A DNA stretch of 64,000 bases from the human T2T-CHM13v2.0 reference genome, Homo sapiens, in the NCBI RefSeq assembly GCF_009914755.1, contig NC_060940.1, one strand, 5' to 3'. The notes under the pieces were generated by a model. That model did not search any database. It was not told where the DNA came from and was given only the letters and a program-made list of their open reading frames with translations. Below, piece by piece: positions 21,991 through 48,100 of this stretch. A program made the translations under genes and the position numbers. How positions within the stretch are numbered: position 1 is the first letter of the stretch; each line of letters begins with the position of its first letter.

Positions 21991-23234
21991 AGCCGCTCCG
22001 CTGGGGCGTTCGCTGAAGGCCAAGTTAGGCCAGAATCTGACTGGGACGTCAGGCCCCAAGTCCCCGGCCCCGCCGCTGCCCGGCCCCCCCAGCTGCCACC
22101 TCACAGGACGATCCATGTCCCAGGGCTCCCTCCATCGGCTCTGAAAAGTGAGCCGCCGCCTGCAATGCCCGCACCAGCCGCAGCAGAGCCCCAGGCTACA
22201 CAAGGCGCCCTGCAAACTGGGTTTTGGGGGAACAAACCAACCAGGGGGTCTTCCTCCCGTGGGCTTCAGCCGCCTGCTGGGGTTAACTTTTCCTCCTGGC
22301 CTGGCGGAGCCCCTTTGGCTCTGTCCAGATTCTGTGGGACATACAGGGTCTGGGCTCCTCTGGAAACCAGGGACCCGATGCCGGAGGGTAGCTTGGCTCT
22401 GGAGCAGCCTGGGACTATAGGAAGGTGAGGACGTCTTCTGTTTCCCTGGCAGCGTCCCCTCCAGAGGAGGACGGCTGGGGCGGAGCTCAGCGCTGACCCT
22501 GGGTCTGGAAGCGACAGGCCTTGAAACTCCACAGCAGCACAGGCCCCGTCTCCTGGCTCGGACAGAACCCTGCTACCTTCCCTCTTCAATCTTCAGGCCC
22601 CTTTTTGTCCGTGTTTCCAGGGCTCACCTGGTGGGGAAAGTGTGTTTCTCCCTGGTTCCCTGCCACTCATTCACCTCAGACACAGGGTGGGCTCTGGGTT
22701 CTTCCTCATGTGGAAAGTCGGGGCTTCAGACCATGTCTGTCGTCATCCAGAAGGGATGGAGTCAAAAGTGAGGCTGGAGTTTTGCAGGATCTCCAGACTT
22801 CCCTGAGGCCACTGAGCTGGGCTGTGCCTCTGTGGACCTCAGGGTGGTCGCTGAGCTGGGCTGTCCCTCCCTGGACCTTGAGGTGGTCCCTGAGCTGGCT
22901 CTGCCTCTATGGACCTTGCGGTGGTGGTCCCTGAGCTGGGCAGTGCCTCCCTGAACCTCGGGGCGATCTCAGGCAGCCTCTGCCTCTGCTGGGAGGAGCC
23001 ATGGCCCCTGGGAGAGGCTAGAAGCCCTGGGGACACATTGCCTTGGGTGTCCCTGACAGGGACTATCATGGGGGTGTTTGTGGCTGTGGGCACCATCCCT
23101 GTCCCTTCCAGAGTGCCCTGCATAGAGGCAGACACCCTGAAGCCTGGTGACCCCTGGGCTCTGGCTGGGAAACCCGGGTCGTGGGGACGTGAAAGGGTGA
23201 GGTGGCAGTGCCTCTGACCTCTTGCCTTTTGAAG

Positions 23235-23368
23235 GAGGGCCCTCCTGGACCCGGGAGCGGACCCTGGTGGCGGTGAAGCCCGATGGCGTGCAACGGCGGC
23301 TCGTTGGGGACGTGATCCAGCGCTTTGAGAGGCGGGGCTTCACGCTGGTGGGGATGAAGATGCTGCAG
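23235..23368 (+). CDS. NME4: NME4 exon 2
   Basis: Reads [38 protein letters not shown], the NDPK N-terminal motif; 134 nt. Confidence 0.97.
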
Positions 23369-23623
23369 GTAGTGGGACTCTGGGCTTGTGGGTGTCCCTG
23401 TGGGGATGGGGTTGGGGGATCCTTCTCGGCCTTTCACATCCCAGCCAGCGCCGGGGCAGGGCCTGGCTTTGGCAGTTGAAGGGGCAGGAGGGATCTATTC
23501 TGCGGTGGGGGTGCTGCCCATGCTGGTGTTATCTGCAAGGTGCCTGAGGTCAGGGCATCACAGCTGCTGTGCTAGTGCCCACGTTTACTGTCTGCGGCTC
23601 CTCCTTACCTCAATGCCACCCAG

Positions 23624-23725
23624 GCACCAGAGAGCGTCCTTGCCGAGCACTACCAGGACCTGCGGAGGAAGCCCTTCTACCCTGCCCTCATCCGCTACAT
23701 GAGCTCTGGGCCTGTGGTGGCCATG
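23624..23725 (+). CDS. NME4: NME4 exon 3
   Basis: Reads [34 protein letters not shown], including the RRK basic triad; 102 nt. Confidence 0.97.
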
Positions 23726-23871
23726 GTACGGCAGGGCAGGGGTGGTGGAAGGGCCTGTGGGTAAAGGGCGTGTGGGTGTGTCTTTCCCCCCAGCAAAGGG
23801 AGGGGCCCTGGATTGAGCCCAGGGGCCCTTGGTGTTCCCCACTTCTCCCCAACCATTATCTCTCGCTGCAG

Positions 23872-23984
23872 GTCTGGGAAGGGTACAATGTCGTCCGCGC
23901 CTCGAGGGCCATGATTGGACACACCGACTCGGCTGAGGCTGCCCCAGGAACCATAAGGGGTGACTTCAGCGTCCACATCAGCAG
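23872..23984 (+). CDS. NME4: NME4 exon 4
   Basis: Reads [37 protein letters not shown]; 113 nt. Confidence 0.97.
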
Positions 23985-24463
23985 GTACGGGGGTCCTGAT
24001 ACACCAGGCTGCTGCTGGGGGCAAGGAGGGCCATCACTTGGGGTGGTGGCAGATCCACGAGACCTGGCTGTCTTGCTGTGCTAGGATGAAGCCAGGTCGG
24101 ACATGACAGCTCACACTGGTGAGAGCCGTGTTCTCCCAGGGCACACAGGGCAATGAGGTGTTCCCTTTGTGTTGTGTGTACCGTGCCATCGTTGCCTGTT
24201 ACCTGACACCCCAAGGGGTTGGCACGGGGCAACTTGGGGGGAAATGAGGCTCCCAAAAGCTGGGGCCTGGGCGGGTCCACGAGGCTGTAAGAGGCCGAGG
24301 CCAGGCTGGAACCCGGTTTCCCAGCTCCACTGTTACTCCTTCCCTGTCTGCAGTCACAGGCTTGCTCCCCTAGACAGAGGGCAACGGGAGCAGCAGATGG
24401 TCCCTGGGATTCCTCAGGGTGCACATGAAGCCTGAGCCTCACATTGCTCCTGTCCTGGCACAG

Positions 24464-24587
24464 GAATGTCATCCACGCCAGCGACTCCGTGGAGGGGGCC
24501 CAGCGGGAGATCCAGCTGTGGTTCCAGAGCAGTGAGCTGGTGAGCTGGGCAGACGGGGGCCAGCACAGCAGCATCCACCCAGCCTGA
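24464..24587 (+). CDS. NME4: NME4 exon 5 coding part, with the catalytic His
   Basis: NVIHASDS active-site motif through ...HPA-TGA; total CDS 564 nt = 187 aa. Confidence 0.97.
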
Positions 24588-24870
24588 GGCTCAAGCTGCC
24601 CTTACCACCCCATCCCCCACGCAGGACCAACTACCTCCGTCAGCAAGAACCCAAGCCCACATCCAAACCTGCCTGTCCCAAACCACTTACTTCCCTGTTC
24701 ACCTCTGCCCCACCCCAGCCCAGAGGAGTTTGAGCCACCAACTTCAGTGCCTTTCTGTACCCCAAGCCAGCACAAGATTGGACCAATCCTTTTTGCACCA
24801 AAGTGCCGGACAACCTTTGTGGTGGGGGGGGGTCTTCACATTATCATAACCTCTCCTCTAAAGGGGAGGC

Positions 24871-24876
24871 ATTAAA
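24871..24876 (+). terminator. NME4 polyadenylation signal (ATTAAA variant)
   Basis: ATTAAA ~285 nt after the stop; no AATAAA seen in the 3'UTR. Confidence 0.7.
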
Positions 24877-25383
24877 ATTCACTGTGCCCAGCACATGGGT
24901 GGTACACTAATTATGACTTCCCCCAGCTCTGAGGTAGAAATGACGCCTTTATGCAAGTTGTAAGGAGTTGAACAGTAAAGAGGAAGTTTTGCACACCCAG
25001 TTCCATAACGTTGTTGGATGTATGAGCCAGGCAGGGGTCCAGAGACCACCAGCCTGCAATCCGGAGAACCCAAGCTAGGCGCGAGCCGGTGCTGTGATCC
25101 CGCCAAAGGAGAAGCTGCCTTCCCGGGGAAGGGGCAGAGAGGGGCCGGCGGGCTGAGGCCAACCAGCGCAGAAAGGGCCTGGCAGCCATTACTGTAGCGC
25201 TGGCGGCTCTGTCACGCCCCTGAAGCCGCTGGCCCGCGGGTGTGTTCAGCTCAGGAGCGGCCCTGCGTGTTTTTCCCCCGTGGCCGTCGCGGACCCCCGT
25301 CTTCCAACAGTGGTGCGGGCGGGGCGCCCCGTCCTGGGTTCGCGGCATAGCCCCGCCCGGGCCCCCACGCGGAACAGAAGTAA

Positions 25384-25692
<309 letters not shown>

Positions 25693-25729
25693 CCGGACCC
25701 TTCTTTATTGGCCTCAAAACGGGTCATTT

Positions 25730-26400
25730 TGGGAAGCGGCGCGGGGCTGGCCGCGCTTCCCTGGGCCCCGGCCCTCCCCATGGTGTTTACGGGGAGGCGA
25801 ACGGGGAGCCCAGAGGCTGCGAGCCTGGCCTGGACCCAGGAGCCAGGGGTATCCCACAAGTCCTGGAGGCTCTGAACGCGGCGCTGACGCCGAATACCTG
25901 TGAAAAAGACTCGGGGAGGAGACCCGCAGACCGCCGAGCTTCTGCCGCGGGAACCGCGCCCCCGGCCCCGCAATGCGCCTGCGCCTCGCGCGCCGACTTC
26001 CAGTCCCAGCAGGCCGCGGGCGGGGGCGGGGCCTCCGGGGAGAATTCGGGGGAGGGGCGGGGCCTCCGGGAAGCAATCAGGGCAGGGGCGGGGCGTCCGG
26101 GGAGTGGGGCGGGGCTCCCGGTTCCAGGCGAGTTCGCAGCTGCGCGCCGGGTCCTGGAGGCCGAGGCCGCTCCCGCCCGTTGTCCCCGCAGTCCCCGACG
26201 GGAGCGCCATGGCCCAGCCGCCGCCCGACGTGGAGGGGGACGACTGTCTCCCCGCGTACCGCCACCTCTTCTGCCCGGACCTGCTGCGGTGAGCGGGGCC
26301 TGGGAAGCGAGCGCAGCCTTGGTGCGGGGTCCGGTCCGCGGGCGCCGGCGCCCCCACGTGGTCCCCGAGGGCTCGCGTGTTAGGAAACCTGTCTTGCCTG
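25730..26400 (+). promoter_or_regulatory. DECR2 CpG-island promoter
   Basis: Several GGGGCGGGG boxes at 26023-26115; NRF1-like TGCGCCTGCGC at 25974-25984. Confidence 0.88.
26209..26288 (+). CDS. DECR2: DECR2 (peroxisomal 2,4-dienoyl-CoA reductase) exon 1
   Basis: GCCATGG start; reads [27 protein letters not shown]; donor CG|GTGAGC; 80 nt. Confidence 0.95.
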
Positions 26401-26409
26401 GCTCCTTTC

Positions 26410-29362
<2,953 letters not shown>

Positions 29363-30593
29363 TAGATGTCCCCTGCTCACCTACCCGACAGGATCCAGGT
29401 GCCTGCCAGAGGGACTGGGGAGCGGTCGAGGATTGCCCTGGGGGGAGTCAGGACTTCAAGGCCCCTACAGGTCAGTGGAGATTGTGTGGCTCTGGTCTGG
29501 GGCCTGCTGGGACCTCGAGAGTCAGGGCTGTGTCGGGCCCCAGTGCTGGCGCCCTGCAGAGCACATTTTCTCCTGGGACACAATTCTGTGGCTTCAGGCC
29601 AGGGTCAGCAACTTATCCCACCTGACAGTGGCTAGAGTTAGGCTGGGGTGGGGGAAAGGGACCCTTCCTCAGTTCCCCTGAGGCCCCTGCTTTTCAGACC
29701 AAAAAGGTGAGTCCCACAGGAAGAGATATGGCCTTTCCACTGGTGGCTTTGTGCTCAGGGCATCTGAGGACCAGATGGGACATTGCAGCTCCAGTGGGAC
29801 CTGCCTAGCAGGGGTAGCTACCTTTATGGTTATTGTGGGCAAGCAACCCCCGAACCAGAAGAGCCGAGAAACCAAAGAACAAGGCAGACAGATCCCGTTT
29901 GTCTGTGTCAGGTGATTTTACCAGGGAATTTGTGGGCAGAAGCGTAGTCTTGGGTGGCTGTGAGACGGGCGTCTCCATGCTGTTACCCCCAGGCCCAGGG
30001 CTTCTATACCACAGGGAAAGGGGTCCTGCTTCAGAGGGAGTGTGTAGGAATTTGTTTAGGATAACATCAAGGTGGTTTTGACCTAAAGGCAGGACTTCTT
30101 TGTGCTCTTTCGCAAGAACAGTAGATAAGCTGGAAATCCTAGCGGCATTCCTGGAACCAGGGTTCATAGAGGCCAACGTGGTGGATTCGCATCCACGTGG
30201 TCAGGAAGGGGAGCAGGGAGCACCCCGCTTCAGAACAGTCCTCCACGCCAGCCCCACAGGGAGAAGGGGGTGGAGAATGTGGGCCCAGCAGGCCCCAGGC
30301 AGATGTGTGGGCTGGGCGTCTGTGGCTCACAGCTGTCTCTGTACCTGGTGTTTGGGGCAGGACCCGCAGGCCTGTGCGGTGGGATGTCCCATGCCAGAAA
30401 CCCCGGGGTGGGCACCACCTGAGGTCCCTCCAGAGTACCTCAGTCCTGTTCACGCCCCTGTGCCCTCTGCCAGCTGGGCCTTCAGCCCTGGACTGGTACT
30501 TCCGCCTGAGAGACTCCTGCTCAGGAGCTGGGCAGATGCCCCCGGGAGTGCCCCTCGCCCACACTGCCCTCACACCTGCTTCTGGTTTTGCAG

Positions 30594-30645
30594 GCACGGC
30601 TGCCATACGGTGATTGCCAGTAGGAGCCTGCCGCGAGTGCTGACG
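30594..30645 (+). CDS. DECR2: DECR2 exon 3
   Basis: Reads HGCHTVIASRSLPRVLT; 52 nt. Confidence 0.94.
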
Positions 30646-30649
30646 GTGA

Positions 30650-31103
<454 letters not shown>

Positions 31104-31616
31104 GGCACCAAAACTTGCACCTATCCTAAATATGGAGCTTCAGTGTAAGTGGCCTCCCAGAGACATCTTTGACTTTTTAAAAAATCTAGTTATTGGGTTC
31201 TGGGAGGGACCTTCCTGTTTGGGGGTAATGTGGCCCCAAGAAAGACCTCTGGGCTCACCTGGGTTATTTAGGTGGTCCGTGCGTCCCACCTACTGGAGCC
31301 CTCGACCTGGGAGGAGAGTCTCACCTGTGCCACCTCTGGTCTGCAGCAGGGGCAGGACATGGGTGACAGTGGCCTGGAGGGCGACGCAGAGGGAGGATTC
31401 TAGGACAGGTGGCAGGTAGGGGGAGAGCGTGGCAGGTTCCCACAAACATCCACTGGGGTCGTGGGCACTTGCAGGCTGTGCTTCCCCAGAGTGGGGTCCA
31501 GCAGCAAACCCAGGGTCCCCGAGGAACCCGGAAGCATCGTCCTCTGCAGATTCCAAAGGCCTTTTCTCCAGGCCGAGGCTGCAGGGCTGCTGTCTGCCTC
31601 TTTACCTGGCTTCTAG

Positions 31617-31752
31617 GCCGCCAGGAAGCTGGCTGGGGCCACCGGCCGGCGCTGCCTCCCTCTCTCTATGGACGTCCGAGCGCCCCCAGCTGTCATGGCC
31701 GCCGTGGACCAGGCTCTGAAGGAGTTTGGCAGAATCGACATTCTCATTAACT
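31617..31752 (+). CDS. DECR2: DECR2 exon 4
   Basis: Reads [21 protein letters not shown]...[11 protein letters not shown]; 136 nt. Confidence 0.95.
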
Positions 31753-31913
31753 GTGAGTCGGTGCTGAGTGAGGTTGGTGGCTTCTCACAGGTTGGTGGTA
31801 CCATTTGGAGGCCCTAGAACTCTGGTCATGGGGTGGGGACCATGCCAGGGAACCTAGCTGCCTGTGCTGGGGTGGGCTGCACCCCATCCAGGTACCTGAG
31901 GCCAAGACTCAGG

Positions 31914-32545
31914 CTCCGGCCCCCTGTCTCCGGCCCCATCTCCGGCCCCCTGTCTCCGGGCCTCTGTCTCCGGGCCTCTGTCTCCGGGCCTCTGTCTCCG
32001 GGCCTCTGTCTTCGGCCGCATCTCCGGCCCCCTGTCTCTGGGCCTCTGTCTCCGGGCGTCTCTCTCCGGCCCCATCTCCGGCCCCCTGTCTCCGGGCCTC
32101 TGTCTCCGGCCCCATCTCCAGCCCCCTGTCTCCGGGCCCCTGTCTCCGGGCCTCTGTCTCCGGCCCCCTGTCTCCGGGCCCCTGTCTCCGGGCCTCTGTC
32201 TCCGGCCCCCTGTCTCCGGGCCCCTGTCTCCGGGCCCCTGTCTCCGGCCCCCTGTCTCCGGCCCCCTGTCTCCGGGCCCCTGTCTCCGGGCCTCTGTCTC
32301 CGGCCCCCTGTCTCCGGGCCTCTGTCTCCGGGCCTCTGTCTCCGGCCCCCTGTCTCCGGCCCCCTGTCTCCGGGCCTCTGTCTCCGGGCCTCTGTCTCCG
32401 GCCCCCTGTCTCTGGGCCTCTGTCTCCGGCCCCATCTCCGGCCCCCTGTCTCCGGGCTTCTGTCTCTGGCCCTCTGTCTCTGGCCCTCTGTCTCCAGGCC
32501 TTTGTGTCCCGCCTTCTGTCTCTGGCCCTCTGTCTCCGGCCTGAC
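31914..32545. repeat. 13-bp pyrimidine-rich minisatellite (CTGTCTCCGGGCC / CTGTCTCCGGCCC)n, DECR2 intron 4
   Basis: Roughly 45-50 units; almost no A on the plus strand. Confidence 0.96.
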
Positions 32546-32674
32546 TCCGCTTCTCTGGGTGGCAGCAGGTCAGCACAGCTGCAGCCCAAGTGGACGCCAT
32601 GAACACAGCTCAATGGTAGAGTCGGGTGCCCTTGTGTCCTGAAATTCCGTCTTTAAAAAAAAAAGTAATAGCCT

Positions 32675-33620
<946 letters not shown>

Positions 33621-33784
33621 GATTTTTTTTTTTAAATCACAGTTTTAGGTTTATAGAATAATTAATAGTATATGGAATTCCATACTCCCACCTACAGTTT
33701 TCCCTGTTAACATCTTGCGTTTGTTACAATTGATGAACCAACACTGGTTTCACTCTGCAGAAATTCCCTTTTAAAAACATCCTG

Positions 33785-34215
33785 TGTATTAGTTTCCTGG
33801 GCTAACAGAGTACTACGACCTGTGTGGGTAAAACAACCGAAATATAATCTCCCAGTTCTGGAGGCCAGAACGTCCAAGGGGAAGGCGTCGGCAGAGCTAT
33901 GCTCTCTGAAGGCCCCAGGGGAGAGCCTCTTCCTGCCTTCTGCGTGGCTTCGGGTACTGCCATAGCCCTTGGCCCTCCCGGGCTCGGAGACCGTCGCTGC
34001 ACTGTCTGCCACTGTCTTCCCGTGGCGTGTGTCTGTGTGTCCTCTTCCCTTGTTATAAGGATGCTGGTCATTGGATTTAGGGCTCACCCTAATTCGTTGT
34101 GACTTCAGTGTAATTCGATTATCTCTGCAACCCACCCCATTTCCAAACAAGGCCACAGTCGCAGGTACGGAGCCAGGGCTTCAGCATGTCTTCTCTTCTC
34201 GGGGACACAGTGCAG
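33785..34215. mobile_element. MLT1-type MaLR LTR
   Basis: tgtattagtttcct...ctcccagttctggaggccagaa...ccttgttataagga...ccccatttccaaacaaggccaca. Confidence 0.7.
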
Positions 34216-34393
34216 CCAGGACGCCCGTCTTGCTCTGGTCATTTTGGAATTTATCCTAGGGCATGGGTCTCCTCCCTGTGCCACAGGGCACCTGGGCTCC
34301 CTCCTGCACCCTCCGCTCTGCCCACCTGGCCACCACCCACTTGGCATCCCTCTCCCCAGGCTCCAGCAGCTCCTGCGGTCTCCCATTCTGCAG

Positions 34394-34518
34394 GTGCGGC
34401 CGGGAACTTCCTGTGCCCCGCTGGCGCCTTGTCCTTCAACGCCTTCAAGACCGTGATGGACATCGATACCAGCGGCACCTTCAATGTGTCTCGTGTGCTC
34501 TATGAGAAGTTCTTCCGG
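34394..34518 (+). CDS. DECR2: DECR2 exon 5
   Basis: Reads [42 protein letters not shown]; 125 nt to the first of four identical donors. Confidence 0.95.
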
Positions 34519-34636
34519 GTGGGTGCCTCGTGCGCTCTGTGAGAAGTTCTTCCGGGTGGGTGCCTCGTGCGCTCTGTGAGAAGTTCTTCCGGGTGGGTGC
34601 CTTGTGCGCTCTGTGAGAAGTTCTTCCGGGTGGGTG
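34490..34636 (+). repeat. 37-bp tandem repeat x4 spanning the DECR2 exon 5 / intron 5 boundary
   Basis: GAGAAGTTCTTCCGG|GTGGGTG, with junctions after 34518, 34555, 34592 and 34629. Confidence 0.97.
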
Positions 34637-34649
34637 TACTCCCAGCGGG

Positions 34650-34820
34650 GGCCTTCCCCTGACGGCCGCCCGCTCCCTGCCCTGGGCCTCCCCCTGACGG
34701 CCGCCCGCTCCCTGCCCTGGGCCTCCCCCTGACGGCCGCCCGCTCCCTGCCCTGGGCCTCCCCCTGACGGCCGCCCGCTCCCTGCCCCGGGCCTCCCCCT
34801 GACAGCCACCCGCTCACTGT
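34650..34820 (+). repeat. 35-bp tandem repeat x5 in DECR2 intron 5
   Basis: CCCCTGACGGCCGCCCGCTCCCTGCCCTGGGCCTC; TGAC at 34660, 34695, 34730, 34765 and 34800. Confidence 0.96.
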
Positions 34821-34876
34821 CCTGTGACCTCCCCCGACACCCGCCCGCTCACTGCCCCGGGCCTTGTGTGTTGCAG

Positions 34877-34970
34877 GACCACGGAGGGGTGATCGTGAAC
34901 ATCACTGCCACCCTGGGGAACCGGGGGCAGGCGCTCCAGGTGCATGCAGGCTCCGCCAAGGCCGCTGTGG
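34877..34970 (+). CDS. DECR2: DECR2 exon 6
   Basis: Reads [31 protein letters not shown]; 94 nt. Confidence 0.95.
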
Positions 34971-35157
34971 GTATGACCACCCCCCCCCGCCCAGGTTTGC
35001 CCACGTGGGTCCCCAATGGGCCGTCTGCTTCCATCCCAGGAGGCCAGCAGTCTCCACTTGAAGCTGAGCCCAGCTGCAGGCAGCGAGACCTGGCCTTGGC
35101 CCTGCGCCCTCGCAGAGGGCAGAGCGGCCCTTTCATATCCAACTTTCTTCTGTGCAG

Positions 35158-35262
35158 ACGCGATGACGCGGCACTTGGCTGTGGAGTGGGGTCCCCAAAA
35201 CATCCGCGTCAACAGCCTCGCCCCTGGCCCCATCAGTGGCACAGAGGGGCTCCGGCGACTGG
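35158..35262 (+). CDS. DECR2: DECR2 exon 7
   Basis: Reads [35 protein letters not shown]; 105 nt. Confidence 0.96.
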
Positions 35263-35546
35263 GTAAGGCTCTCAGGGAGCCCAGGCCTCCCACAGATCCT
35301 CTCCTGGGGCACAGGGTGCCCATGAAGCTTCCAGAACCTTGGCAGGGTGTATGTTGAAAAGCCCTGTGCTGGTTCCATGGTGGCAACTATGTTCTGTGCC
35401 TGGCCTGATCCTGCTCCATGCTAGGCCTTGGTGACACTGACTGTGTCCTTGCTGTTCCCAGATGCCTCTCAGGGAATGAGCTGGGGGAGAGGGGAGGGTG
35501 CTGGGTCTTGGGGCTCACGGGGCCTGAGCCTTCTGCTGCCCTCCAG

Positions 35547-35764
35547 GTGGCCCTCAGGCCAGCCTGAGCACCAAGGTCACTGCCAGCCCGCTGCAGAGGC
35601 TGGGGAACAAGACCGAGATCGCCCACAGCGTGCTCTACCTGGCCAGCCCTCTGGCTTCCTACGTGACGGGGGCCGTGCTGGTGGCCGATGGCGGGGCATG
35701 GTTGACGTTCCCAAACGGTGTCAAAGGGCTGCCGGATTTCGCATCCTTCTCTGCTAAGCTCTAG
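35547..35764 (+). CDS. DECR2: DECR2 exon 8, ending in PTS1 (AKL) and stop
   Basis: Reads ...[37 protein letters not shown]...FSAKL-TAG; total CDS 879 nt = 292 aa. Confidence 0.96.
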
Positions 35765-36253
35765 GTGAGGTACTGCTCCCGCTTCTTGGGGTCATCTGTG
35801 TCCTTGGACGCTGGTCACTGCATGGGCAGGTCTCTGCGGGACCCACGGGGCTGGCGTCTCCTTTGTCCCCATCCTCCCGGCCCCTGCGCCAGCCTGCCCA
35901 CACATGGGTGCTGCCCAGTGGGGCTGAGCAGGAGGCGGGCGCTGGTGTACTTGCTCTTCTGTAGCGGCCTCGGCCTCTGCCGGCATTTCTGGCAGGTGCT
36001 GGGTGGCCGAGGCAGCCGAGGTGTTTTAGGGGGAAGCCGTCCTCAGCCGGCTACTAAGTTCTGAAACTCCTGCAGGAATCTTCCGGCCGCTGCTTCCTGC
36101 CGCCTCACTCAGCCAGGTGGAGAGCACCAATCTGAACCAGCAATGCCTGCAGCCCAGCCCCTCCTCTGAACACTCAGCTATTACTGCGCTTTCCCTCCCC
36201 ACGGCCCCAACTCCAGGGCAGGAGCAACTGGACAGTGGGCCTGGCCCGTGGAG

Positions 36254-36320
36254 CTGCCACGCAGGTGCCTGAGGGCCAGGTGCCACGCAGGTGTCTGAGG
36301 ACCAGGTGCCACGCAGGTGG
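36254..36320 (+). repeat. 26-bp repeat x2.5 in the DECR2 3'UTR
   Basis: TGCCACGCAGGTG occurs three times. Confidence 0.8.
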
Positions 36321-36602
36321 TGGGGGTACAGACAAGATGCTGGGATGTCCCCTGCCCCATGGTCAAGGGTGTCCTGCCTGCCTGGGTCCAGGGCCTGAGG
36401 GAGCCACATGGATCCCGAGACTTGTGTTCTCTTGGCTGAAAACACTGAGGTGCTCCCATCTGTGCGTGGCCCATGAGCTGGGATGGTCCTCCAGCTGCCC
36501 ACAAGGTCCGCCCCTCTGTCTCTGCACCACCTGTTTGCATAAACACACTTTGCTACAATCTTGCTAGTGCGTTTTCTTAAAAGATAATCTATTTACTGTA
36601 AA

Positions 36603-36608
36603 AATAAA
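36603..36608 (+). terminator. DECR2 polyadenylation signal AATAAA
   Basis: Canonical hexamer at the end of the 3'UTR. Confidence 0.8.
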
Positions 36609-36712
36609 TTGGACTTTGCAAAAGCTTTTAGAAGGAAAAGAAAGAGGATTAAAGAGAATTGCTGGTGATCCTATCGTTTAGGGGTTGTGTTTCCTTTCTG
36701 TCTTTTCTGTGA

Positions 36713-48100
<11,388 letters not shown>

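Larger units (their letters stand above)
36076..36630 (+). other. DECR2: DECR2 non-coding terminal exon (3'UTR)
   Basis: Donor TAG|GTGAGG at 35764/5; acceptor cctgcag at 36075; AATAAA at 36603-36608 followed by GU/U-rich sequence; 3' end approximate. Confidence 0.8.

Noticed and set aside
21184-22428. Poly-Pro and poly-Gly ORFs
   Set aside because: Translations of the G-rich minisatellite.
24850-24869. Hairpin CCTCTCCT-ctaa-AGGGGAGG just before the NME4 ATTAAA
   Set aside because: An 8-bp stem is expected by chance in GC-rich DNA, and there is no conservation evidence at hand.
31805-32642. Four 230-270-aa ORFs
   Set aside because: A by-product of the near absence of A on the plus strand (T on the minus strand) in the repeat.
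34940-34965. DECR2 has HAGSAK in place of the SDR YxxxK motif, suggesting a pseudoenzyme
   Set aside because: Lack of the catalytic Tyr is a known property of peroxisomal DECR2; the ORF is intact.
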